Part shown: positions 26,627 to 35,800 of the stretch, piece by piece
Layout of the letters: the number at the start of each line of letters is the position of its first letter
Position numbering within the stretch: the first letter of the stretch is position 1
Assembly (NCBI GenBank): GCA_019638115.1
Contig: JAHBUK010000004.1
Span: 224,794-288,793 of the forward strand
Source: Flavobacteriales bacterium
GTDB taxonomy: Bacteria; Bacteroidota; Bacteroidia; Flavobacteriales_F; PHOS-HE28
DNA length: 64,000 nucleotides
Direction of reading: 5' to 3'
Made by a program: the position numbers and the translations under genes
Notes under the pieces: model-generated
Databases searched by the model: none
Told to the model about the DNA's origin: nothing
What the model saw: the letters and a program-made list of their open reading frames with translations, nothing else

Positions 26627-26926
26627 TCATCTCTTCGGCCTGCGCATCAGGAACGAACCCGGTACATGATTGACCATGACCAGTTCCCACCCCTCCCGTT
26701 CATGCTGCTGAACAAGCTGCATGACTTTCCTATAAGCAAGGTGGGAATCCTGCTTGAGCTCGGTTGAAGTGAGTTCAATCTTTTGCGTGACCTCATCCGG
26801 TGACACGATGTAAATGAGAGCGTGATTGACGTGCTGGAGCAGCACGTACTCGTGCTCGCCCTTTACTTGAGCAACTGCCATCATTGCAAACAAGCACCAC
26901 GACAAGCTCAAGATGATCCTCTTCAT
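26627..26926 (-). CDS. small secreted protein (paralogue of 25546..25863) located between the two ffh-3'-end repeat copies
   Basis: MKRIILSLSWCLFAMMAVAQ signal peptide. HEYVLLQH...EREGWELVMVNHVPGSFLMRRPKR. Confidence 0.55.
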   Translation of the reverse strand: MKRIILSLSWCLFAMMAVAQVKGEHEYVLLQHVNHALIYIVSPDEVTQKIELTSTELKQDSHLAYRKVMQLVQQHEREGWELVMVNHVPGSFLMRRPKR

Positions 26927-26972
26927 GGTATCGGGAATTTCCGTTCGCTTATGCTGTTGACATCGAAAGCAC

Positions 26973-28313
26973 TCACCTCCTCATCCCCTGCGCCTGCTGC
27001 ATCCGCTGCATCATCGCCTGCATCTTGCTCTTGTCGCCCATCATCTTCATCATCTTCCGGGTCTCGTCGAACTGCTTCAGCAGCTTGTTCACCTCGGGGA
27101 TGTCGCGGCCACTGCCTTTGGCGATGCGCTGACGACGGCTGCCGTTGATCAGGGCCGGGTTCTGGCGCTCCTCGGGCGTCATGCTGCGGATGATGGCTTC
27201 GATGTGCTTGAAGGCGTCGTCCGGGATATCGAGGTTCTTCATGGCCTTGCCCACGCCGGGGATCATGCCCATGAGGTCCTTCATGTTGCCCATCTTCTTG
27301 ATCTGCTGGATCTGCTCCAGGAAATCATCGAAGCCGAACTGGTCCTTGGCGATCTTCTTCTGCAGTTCACGCGCCTGCTTCTCATCGAACTGCTCCTGTG
27401 CGCGCTCCACCAGGCTCACCACGTCGCCCATGCCCAGTATGCGGCCGGCCATACGATCGGGATGGAACTCGTCCAGCGCCTCCATCTTCTCGCCGGTGCC
27501 GATGAACTTGATCGGCTTGTCCACCACGCTGCGGATGGTGAGCGCCGCACCACCGCGGGTATCGCCGTCGAGTTTAGTGAGCACCACGCCGTCGATGTCC
27601 AAGCGGTCGTTGAAGGCCTTGGCGGTATTCACGGCATCCTGGCCGGTCATGGCATCCACCACGAAGAGGGTCTCCTGCGGCTGGCTGGCCTTCTTCACCC
27701 GGGTTATCTCGTCCATCATCGCCTCGTCAACCGCCAGGCGTCCGGCGGTATCGATGATCACGGCCGTGAAGCCGTGGGCCTTGGCGTGGGCGATACCTTT
27801 CTGGGCGATGGCCACCGGGTCCTTGCTGTCGCGATCGCTGAAGACCGTGATGTCCAGCTGTTTGCCGAGCGTTTCAAGCTGGTCTATGGCCGCAGGGCGG
27901 TACACGTCGCAGGCCACCAGCAGGGGCTTCTTGCCTTTCTTGCGCAGGTAGGCCGCTAGTTTTCCACTGAAAGTGGTCTTACCCGAACCCTGCAGACCGC
28001 TCATCAGGACCACCGTGGGGTTGCCACTGAGGTTGATGGCCTGGTTGCGGCCGCCCATCAGTTCGGCCAGTTCGTCGTGCGCGATCTTCACCAGCACCTG
28101 GCCGGGGCTAACGGCCGTAAGCACGTTGGCACCCAGCGCCTTGGCCTTCACACGATCGGTGAATTCCTTGGCGGTCTTGAAGTTCACGTCGGCATCCAGC
28201 AAGGCGCGACGTACCTCCTTCATGGTCTCGGCCACGTTGATCTCGGTGATCTGGCCTTGTCCTTTCAGGACTTTGAACGCTCTTTCGAGCTTGTCGTTGA
28301 GATTCTCGAACAT
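26973..28313 (-). CDS. ffh: signal recognition particle protein Ffh (NG domain + Met-rich M domain)
   Basis: 446 aa with GLQGSGKTT P-loop, DTAGR, TKLDGDTRGG and a C-terminal Met-rich tail MMKMMGDKSKMQAMMQRMQQAQGMRR. Confidence 0.95.
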   Translation of the reverse strand: MFENLNDKLERAFKVLKGQGQITEINVAETMKEVRRALLDADVNFKTAKEFTDRVKAKALGANVLTAVSPGQVLVKIAHDELAELMGGRNQAINLSGNPTVVLMSGLQGSGKTTFSGKLAAYLRKKGKKPLLVACDVYRPAAIDQLETLGKQLDITVFSDRDSKDPVAIAQKGIAHAKAHGFTAVIIDTAGRLAVDEAMMDEITRVKKASQPQETLFVVDAMTGQDAVNTAKAFNDRLDIDGVVLTKLDGDTRGGAALTIRSVVDKPIKFIGTGEKMEALDEFHPDRMAGRILGMGDVVSLVERAQEQFDEKQARELQKKIAKDQFGFDDFLEQIQQIKKMGNMKDLMGMIPGVGKAMKNLDIPDDAFKHIEAIIRSMTPEERQNPALINGSRRQRIAKGSGRDIPEVNKLLKQFDETRKMMKMMGDKSKMQAMMQRMQQAQGMRR

Positions 28314-28589
28314 GTCTGGCTCTTTCTACAGGGACCGCGAAGGTAGTGGGGAGGTGTGAGGTGGCCTCCTTCACAGATCACACCTAACACTTCACACATC
28401 ACATTTCTTTCGGGGGCGTGCCCCTCGCTAAGCCTCGGGTCGGGTCCTCTGCTGTAGCCGACTTGTAAGGGCCAGCGGCTGCGGCGCTGCGGTGGCTTCC
28501 TCCGGTCGCCTCCTCGCTCGCGCCACACCTGCGCTTCGTCAGCGGCAGGCTGCCGCTTCAATCCCTCACGCTGTTAATTTCGTCAACGA

Positions 28590-29981
28590 ATGAAGATCAA
28601 AGCTCCTTTCGAAGGGTACTTCCATGTTCACGAACCTGAAACAGTCCAGGTTGCTGGACGAATCGAGTTCGACGTGATGACAGGTATTCGCCTTACCACA
28701 ATTGGCTCGTTTCATAAAGAGTTCATTCGATCAGGGGGTGAACAACGGTGGAGTTGTATTCATGGCTTCTCAACTAATGGACGGAAACTAACCCTGCTTG
28801 ACTGCAGAGGTCATGAGAACAGCAGTATCCCAGGCATTCCGAAGGGTTCCTACAGCTCGAAGTGTTTACTCGCCGGGCATCAACACTACGACCCTCAAAC
28901 GCCTCAAATCAAGAGCATAGCTTTCCGGATAACATACTTCGATGAATGGCTGAACCGATCCGGGGTTTCCTACGAAGCCAGCAATGAACTTTTCGGAGCC
29001 TTCACCGCAACTCATAAACATCAAGGGGCTATTCAACTCCATTTCGGGCCTCGCTTGAATGTCAGTATCTGGCATCACACGAATACACCCATGTTCGCTG
29101 AACATGATGTGTTGCGCAAGTTCAGTGAACAGGCGTACTTCAATGTTCAGTACTCCGAGCTAAGTACCATCGATCAGGCAATGGAAGACATGTTGATGAT
29201 CAGAGACCTCTTCAGTCTCCTCATGTCCGCACCAATCGTCATCGAGGATGCCGTCGCATTCATCGACGGTGAAAAGGAAGATGATGGTCGACGATTCGAA
29301 CTCTACTTCCCCTTAGGCTATGGATACCCTACCCGAGAGTCACAGCCAAGGCATTACATGCTCTATCCCTACGACGACATCGAGTCATTCATCGGGACGA
29401 CCTTGGAAAAATGGATTGAACTATATCCATCGATAAAGCGTGGGATAGCCTTCTACCACGAATCATATTTCAGCCGATCGCGCCACGCCTTTCAAAAGTT
29501 CATCGACTACGTCTTTAGTTACGAATCAACGAACAGATCGCTACATCCTTTGGAGCGATTCCCAGAGCAGGAGTACACTGCGTTATGCGCCGACCTTCTA
29601 GAGGGATTATCACCAACTCATGGAAACTTTGTTAGAGACATCCTCAAGCACGCTAATCAAGCCTCGCTGCGGCAACGACTCAAAGGCACATTCGAGCGGA
29701 CGGGTCTGGATGAAATATTTGATAGGAAGTCCATAAAGCTTCATACCGACCGGATTGTGAATGCGAGGAACAACATAGTTCACTTTGCGGAGGTGAACAA
29801 TGAAGAGACTGTATCAGAAGAAAACGTGGTCGACTACAATACCCTGGTCCGTATGTTGATCATTGGAGATCTGCTCTTGGCTATCGGCATCCCCAAGGAG
29901 GATATTGCAACTCGGCTGAAACGAGACCCAAATTTCGGCTTCTTGCTTATTGGAAGAAAGCTGAGCACTCTCAGCATTTAG
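28590..29981 (+). CDS. low-GC orphan protein with C-terminal HEPN-type Rx4H motif; candidate abortive-infection/RNase-type defence protein
   Basis: 463 aa, GC clearly below neighbours. The C-terminal KLHTDRIVNARNNIVHFAE contains R-x4-H. No other recognisable domain. Confidence 0.5.
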   Translation: MKIKAPFEGYFHVHEPETVQVAGRIEFDVMTGIRLTTIGSFHKEFIRSGGEQRWSCIHGFSTNGRKLTLLDCRGHENSSIPGIPKGSYSSKCLLAGHQHYDPQTPQIKSIAFRITYFDEWLNRSGVSYEASNELFGAFTATHKHQGAIQLHFGPRLNVSIWHHTNTPMFAEHDVLRKFSEQAYFNVQYSELSTIDQAMEDMLMIRDLFSLLMSAPIVIEDAVAFIDGEKEDDGRRFELYFPLGYGYPTRESQPRHYMLYPYDDIESFIGTTLEKWIELYPSIKRGIAFYHESYFSRSRHAFQKFIDYVFSYESTNRSLHPLERFPEQEYTALCADLLEGLSPTHGNFVRDILKHANQASLRQRLKGTFERTGLDEIFDRKSIKLHTDRIVNARNNIVHFAEVNNEETVSEENVVDYNTLVRMLIIGDLLLAIGIPKEDIATRLKRDPNFGFLLIGRKLSTLSI

Positions 29982-30264
29982 ACCCGAGACCACGTCCAAT
30001 TGCAGCACCCAATCCACCCCGCCCCTCCCGCCCTTCAACCGCTCAACAGTTCCCGCTTCCACCATCACTCGCGTCCCCTTCATTCGCAGCATAAAAGCCA
30101 TCGTCTGCTCGCGTTACGGGCCATCCGAGCAACTGCAAGTCCGAGACGTGCCCTAACCTGCGGCAGGCTTTCGCTTCACCCACACACCGCAAAAGGAGGT
30201 CAAAGACTACAAACTGCCTCGCTTCGATCATTGTCGCGTTCGCCACTTTGCGCACCTTCGCCCC

Positions 30265-30990
30265 ATGCGCCCTGCCCTGCTCCTGCTGTTCATACTTCTT
30301 ACCAAGCTCCTACCCGCCCAAGCCCCCGAGCTGCACTCTTGGTACGACAGCCTGCACAGCCGCGAGATACCCGTGGCCATCTACCAACCTAAGGGCGAAC
30401 TGAAGGGCCTACCGATCGTGATCTTCAGCCACGGATATGGCGCCAACGAGCCGGGGTCTTACGTGGACTACGCCTACCTGAACGAGGCCCTGGCCGCTGC
30501 GGGCTATTTCGTGGTGAGCATCCAGCACGAATTGCCTGGCGATGACCTGCTCATTTTCGACGGTCCGGCGCGGGTGGTGCGCATGCCCAACTGGGAGCGT
30601 GGGGCGGCGAACATCCACTTCGTGTTGCAGGAACTGGAGCGCCTTTACCCGCAACTGGACCATGGCCGTACCACCGTTGCCGGGCATTCCAACGGCGGCG
30701 ATATGAGCGTGCTGTACAGCCATCAGCATCCGGAACGCGTGCAGCAGGTGATCACCCTCGACCACCGCCGCATGCCCATCCTGCGTGCCAGCCAACCGCG
30801 CACCAGCACGCTCCGCAGCAGCGACCAACCGGCCGACGCGGAAGTCCTGCCCACGGATGCCGAGGCAGCGGCCTTTGGGATACGTGTGGTCTTTCTGCCT
30901 GACACGCCGCACAACAATATGGATAGCAACGCCGATCCCCGACAGCGCGCGGAGATCATTGAACTGATGCTCCGCTTCCTTCAGGAATGA
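30265..30990 (+). CDS. secreted alpha/beta hydrolase (dienelactone hydrolase / PAF-acetylhydrolase-like)
   Basis: Signal peptide, then PIVIFSHGYGANE and the nucleophile elbow VAGHSNGG. Confidence 0.7.
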   Translation: MRPALLLLFILLTKLLPAQAPELHSWYDSLHSREIPVAIYQPKGELKGLPIVIFSHGYGANEPGSYVDYAYLNEALAAAGYFVVSIQHELPGDDLLIFDGPARVVRMPNWERGAANIHFVLQELERLYPQLDHGRTTVAGHSNGGDMSVLYSHQHPERVQQVITLDHRRMPILRASQPRTSTLRSSDQPADAEVLPTDAEAAAFGIRVVFLPDTPHNNMDSNADPRQRAEIIELMLRFLQE

Positions 30991-31502
30991 TCACTTCCAC
31001 CGTTCTCCAACGCGCGATCCGCTCCTTATCCAGCGGGTTGATCCTGCTGGCAGCTTGTGGTAACCCATCCACACCTGAGCCAGCGCACGAGGATCCTTCA
31101 AGCACAACCGCAAACCCGGACATGATTGCGACCATCACCGCGTTGGACAGCGCGATGTTCGCCGCCTTCAACGCCCACGACGACGCCGCGCTGGGCACTT
31201 GGTTCACACCCGATCTGGAGTTCTACCACGACAAGGGAGGCCTCGCAGGCTATGACAGTACGATGGCTGGTTTCACGCGGCTCTTCAACCAACCCGCCTC
31301 CGCAGACATGCGCCGCGAGATCGTGCCTGGTTCCATGGAGGTATACCCGCTAGGCGACTTTGGCCTGTTGGAGATCTGCCAGCACCGCTTCTGCCACACA
31401 GAGAACGGGCAGGAGGAGTGCGGGACCTTCAAGAACATCATGATCTGGCGGAAGGAAGGCGCGAGCTACAAGGTGAGCCGCGTGATCAGCTTCGATCATT
31501 GA
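30987..31502 (+). CDS. NTF2-like (DUF4440/SnoaL-like) lipoprotein
   Basis: LLAACGN lipobox. ...ITALDSAMFAAFNAHDDAALGTWFTPDLEFYHDKGGL... is typical of the NTF2-like fold. Confidence 0.55.
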   Translation: MITSTVLQRAIRSLSSGLILLAACGNPSTPEPAHEDPSSTTANPDMIATITALDSAMFAAFNAHDDAALGTWFTPDLEFYHDKGGLAGYDSTMAGFTRLFNQPASADMRREIVPGSMEVYPLGDFGLLEICQHRFCHTENGQEECGTFKNIMIWRKEGASYKVSRVISFDH

Positions 31503-31651
31503 ACGAGGACTGAAGAACGACAACTACTTGAACGCATATCTGTTCCCTCCAGCAAGGATGGCTTCCATTGGTGAACGATGAAACGTACTCGGGACGTTCC
31601 GTTCGCGATAAGGCACTTTCACTCTTGCAAGATCGTCTTCCTCACCTACTC

Positions 31652-32143
31652 ATGACCACCCGGATCCGAGAAGCCACAACCGACCGCGACTGGGAGCAGG
31701 CCACAGCCTTGTTGCAGCGGGTGTATGTGGACGGTGGATTCACGGCGGCCGATACTGCCAAGCAATTCATGACACGCGCCAACCTGGAACCGGCCGGGGT
31801 GCTCTTGGTAGCCTTTGATGCTGCGGATATGGTGTTGGGCACCGTGTTGCTCCTGCATCCCGAAAGCGCGTTGCGACAGTTGGCCGGTGCAAGTGAGCGG
31901 GAATTCCGGATGCTTGGGGTGGAGAATGGCACCCGCGGATCGGGCATCGGCGCGCAACTCGTGGAAGCTTGTGTTGCGCGAGCATTTGCGGAAGGTGCGC
32001 AAGCCGTTGTGCTGTGGACACAACCCAGCATGCACAGCGCGCAGCGGCTCTATGCACGGCTCGGTTTCCAACGCGCACCGGAGCGGGACCAGGAGGATGC
32101 ACGGGGCTTCACGCGCTTGGTGTACCTGCGGGAAAGCCGCTGA
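31652..32143 (+). CDS. GNAT-family N-acetyltransferase
   Basis: RMLGVENGTRGSGIGAQLVEACVARAF...RLYARLGF is the acetyl-CoA binding motif A region. The start is uncertain (the ORF is open from 31568). Confidence 0.65.
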   Translation: MTTRIREATTDRDWEQATALLQRVYVDGGFTAADTAKQFMTRANLEPAGVLLVAFDAADMVLGTVLLLHPESALRQLAGASEREFRMLGVENGTRGSGIGAQLVEACVARAFAEGAQAVVLWTQPSMHSAQRLYARLGFQRAPERDQEDARGFTRLVYLRESR

Positions 32144-32192
32144 ACAACGGTGCCTTGGCCAACTCCGGCACGCGCCGCACATACCTTCGTGC

Positions 32193-32738
32193 ATGGCCAA
32201 ATTTCTCCCTGCACTGGATGAGCGGCTGATGGCCTTCATCCGCGCCCAGCACATCTTCTTCACGGGTAGCGCACCAGCGAACGGAAGGGTGAACATCTCT
32301 CCCAAGGGCCTCAACTCCTTCCGCATTCTTTCCCCAAGCCAAGTGGGCTACCTGGATCTTACCGGCAGCGGCAATGAAACGGCCGCGCACCTGCTGGAGA
32401 ATGGCCGAATGACCTTCATGTTCTGTGCGTTCGAAGGCCCACCGCTGATCCTGCGGCTATACGGGAAGGGGCGTTCCGTGCAGAAACAGCACCCCGAATG
32501 GCCTGCGCTGCGCGCGCATTTCGGACCACCTGTTCCGGGCGAACGCCAGCTGATCATCTGCGACATCAACAGTGTGCAGACCTCCTGCGGTTATGGAGTT
32601 CCCGAGCTTGGATTCCGGTCGGACCGCAGCCAACTGCTGGACTGGGCCGAGCGAAAGGGTCCGGAGGCCGTGGATGCCTACCGGATGGAGAAAAATCGCA
32701 GCAGCATCGACGGGGCGTCCACCGGGTGGGAAGGCTGA
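32193..32738 (+). CDS. pyridoxamine 5'-phosphate oxidase-like FMN-binding protein
   Basis: 181 aa. ...FFTGSAPANGRVNISPKG...GRMTFMFCAFEGPPLILRLYGKG is a typical PNPOx-like split barrel. Confidence 0.65.
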   Translation: MAKFLPALDERLMAFIRAQHIFFTGSAPANGRVNISPKGLNSFRILSPSQVGYLDLTGSGNETAAHLLENGRMTFMFCAFEGPPLILRLYGKGRSVQKQHPEWPALRAHFGPPVPGERQLIICDINSVQTSCGYGVPELGFRSDRSQLLDWAERKGPEAVDAYRMEKNRSSIDGASTGWEG

Positions 32739-32876
32739 GGTCGTCGGCCATTTTCGCGGTTTCGGCGAGGCCTCAGTGCTTACGCGAGAGGTTGTCTGAA
32801 CGGAAGATCAGGAAACCCGCAGCGAGAAGTTGCGTAGGACATGGGCACGGGATGTACCGGCACCCGTTCCCACGCC

Positions 32877-35800
32877 ATGCGAAAACTCCTACTCATCAGC
32901 CTGTTCCTAGGGCTTTTCGCCAGCACTGCCTCTGCCACCCACATGAGCGGTGGCGAGATCTACTGGGAGTGCATCGGACCGAACCAATACCGGATCACCA
33001 TGGTGATCTACCGCGATTGCTTCGGCATCAACGTGGACCCCAGCTACACCCTGCAAGTGCAGAGCCCCTGTGGCAACACCACCCTTACGGTGACCACGCC
33101 GGGCGGTGTGGAGATCAGCCAATTGTGCGACATCGAACTGCCCAACAGTACCTGCAATGGTGGTACGCTGCCCGGCATCCAGCAGTACATCTACACCGGC
33201 ACCATCACGCTGCCACCCTGCAATTTCTGGACGATCTCCTACACGAACATCTACCGGAACGCGGCGATCGTGAACCTGACCAACCCGGGTGCCCAGCGTA
33301 CCTACATCAGGGCCACCATCAACACCGCTGCATCACCCTGCAATGATTCGCCGCAGTTCACCAACACGGCGATCCCCTACGTGTGCCTTGGCTACCCCAT
33401 CACCTACAGCTTCGGCGCGTTCGACCCCGAGAGCGACTCGCTGAGCTACGAGTTGATCCCCGCCATGGGCATCGCGGGCGCTCCCCTCAACTACGTGAAC
33501 CCGCACAGCGGTGCGCTGCCGATCCCCGGATTAACGCTGAACCCCGCAACCGGTGAAGTGAATTTCACCCTTACGCAGATGGGCAACTGGGTGGTGGCCG
33601 TGCGTGTGAACCACTGGGTGAACGGCGTGATCGTGGGCACGGTGATGCGCGACATGCAATTCGTGGCATACCCCTGCGACAACATTCCGCCCGACCCCAC
33701 CACCGGGTTGGTGCAGGACCTCAACGGCATGGCCACGGCCACTGGCCCACGCGCCATCGAGGTGTGCGAATCCGGAAGCTTCTGCTTTGACATGGTGATC
33801 TCCGACCCCAACGCCACCAACGTGCTTACCGCGTTCAGCAACGTGCAGCAGAACCTGCCCGGGGCCACCTTCACGTACACGGGAACCAACCCGATCACCG
33901 CAACGGTCTGTTGGACCGCAGCGCCCGGCACTTCCGGTTTCTATCCGTTCATCGTGAACGTGAGTGACGGGGCATGTCCCATCCCGGCCTTCCAGACCTA
34001 CATCTACGCGATCACCGTGCTGCCCGGTCTGGGCGCCACACTGACGGTGGTGGATGAGAACTGCGTGGGTTCCGGTGACGGCAGCATCACGGCCGTGGTG
34101 AACACAGGTACATCACCTTACACCTACACGTGGAGCAATGGCAGCAGTGAGGCCAGCGTAAGCGGTGGTCCGGGCGACTACAGCGTGGTGATCGAGGACA
34201 GCAACGGATGCATCTCAGCCTCCCTCTCGGGCACCATTGGAAGTGCTGCTGAACCCAACGAGGCGGATGCAGGCCCCAATAGCACGGCCTGTGTGGATGT
34301 GCCATTCACGCTGCAAGGCAGTGTGGTGAACGCAACCGGGGGTGTGTGGAGCGGCGGACAAGGCACTTTCAACGGCACCTGGCCGAACGTGAGCTACACC
34401 CCTTCCGAGGCCGACCTGCTGGCCGGAGGTGCGATGCTTACCCTGACCACCACCGGGAACACCGGATGCCCACCTGCATCAGCAGAGGTCTTCATCGCAC
34501 TGGTGAACAGCTTCGAGAACGTGTCCGTGACCGCCACCGATGCCACCTGCAACAACACAGCGAACGGCAGCGCCAGCGCAGTACCCGACTCCCCCGAGTT
34601 CACTTACCTCTGGAACGACGGTGCAGCACAGACCACCGCCACTGCAAGCAACCTGGCGGCCGGTACCTACCAAGTGCTGATCACCGATGGCTTCGGATGC
34701 AGCACTTCGCTGGAAGCCATTGTTGGTCCTACCGACGCGATCTCCATTGCCGACCTGAGCGCCACGGACGAAGGCTGCTTCGGTGATGGCAATGGCACGG
34801 CCACCGTGGTCGCTACAGGAGGCACTGCGCCATACACCTACTTGTGGAACACGGGCGCCACCACGGCGACCATCACGGCCGGCAATGGTGACTACAGTGT
34901 GAGCGTGACCGATGCCAACGGATGCGCACCAGCACAGGGGCTGATCACCATTGCCGCACAAGGGCTGCCCAACGAGGCCAACGCAGGCCCCGACCAGGTG
35001 GCTTGTTTGAACACGAGCATTGCCCTGAACGGCTCCGTTACCAACGCCACCGGTGGCACATGGAGCGGCGGATCCGGCACGTTCCAAGGCAGCGGTCTCA
35101 GTGTTGGCTACACACCTTCCGCGGCTGAGATCGCAAGTGGTGCCGTGGAACTGACCCTGACCACTACTGGCAATACCGTGTGCCCTCCCGCATCGGATGT
35201 GGTGAGCATCAGCCTGTCCAACAGCTTCCTGCAAGCCGCCATCACCAGCGTGGATGCAACCTGCAGCGATAACGCCAACGGCAGCGCATCCTTCACTCCC
35301 GACGCGCCGGGCCTTAGCTATCTGTGGAACGATGCCGCCGCGCAGAGCACCGCCACCGCTGTGGGTTTGGCCCCTGGCAACTACCAGATCACCGTTACCG
35401 ATGCCCTGGGCTGCGACACCACCATGAGCGCCTTCATCGGCCCACAGGAAGCCATTACCATCGCCAGCCTGAGCGCCACCGATGAAGGCTGCCTGGGCGA
35501 TGGCAACGGTACTGCCACGGCACTGGGTGCAGGCGGCACAGCGCCTTACTCCTACCTGTGGAACACCGGCGAGACCACGGCGAGCATAACGGCCGGCAGC
35601 GGCACTTACAGCGTGAGCATCACCGACGCCAACGGCTGCACGCCCGCACAGGGCAGCATCACCATTGCCGCGCAAGGGCTGCCCAATGCAGCCAATGCCG
35701 GACCCGACCTGGTAGGCTGCCTGAACGCGCTTCCGATCACCTTGAACGGCACGGTGACCAACGCCACCGGTGGTACCTGGAGCGGTGGCAGCGGCACCTT

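Noticed and set aside
26339-26767. 142-aa plus-strand ORF over the duplicated ffh 3' fragment
   Set aside because: The His/Leu/Pro-rich translation comes from the antisense of the Met-codon-rich repeat. It has no periodicity.
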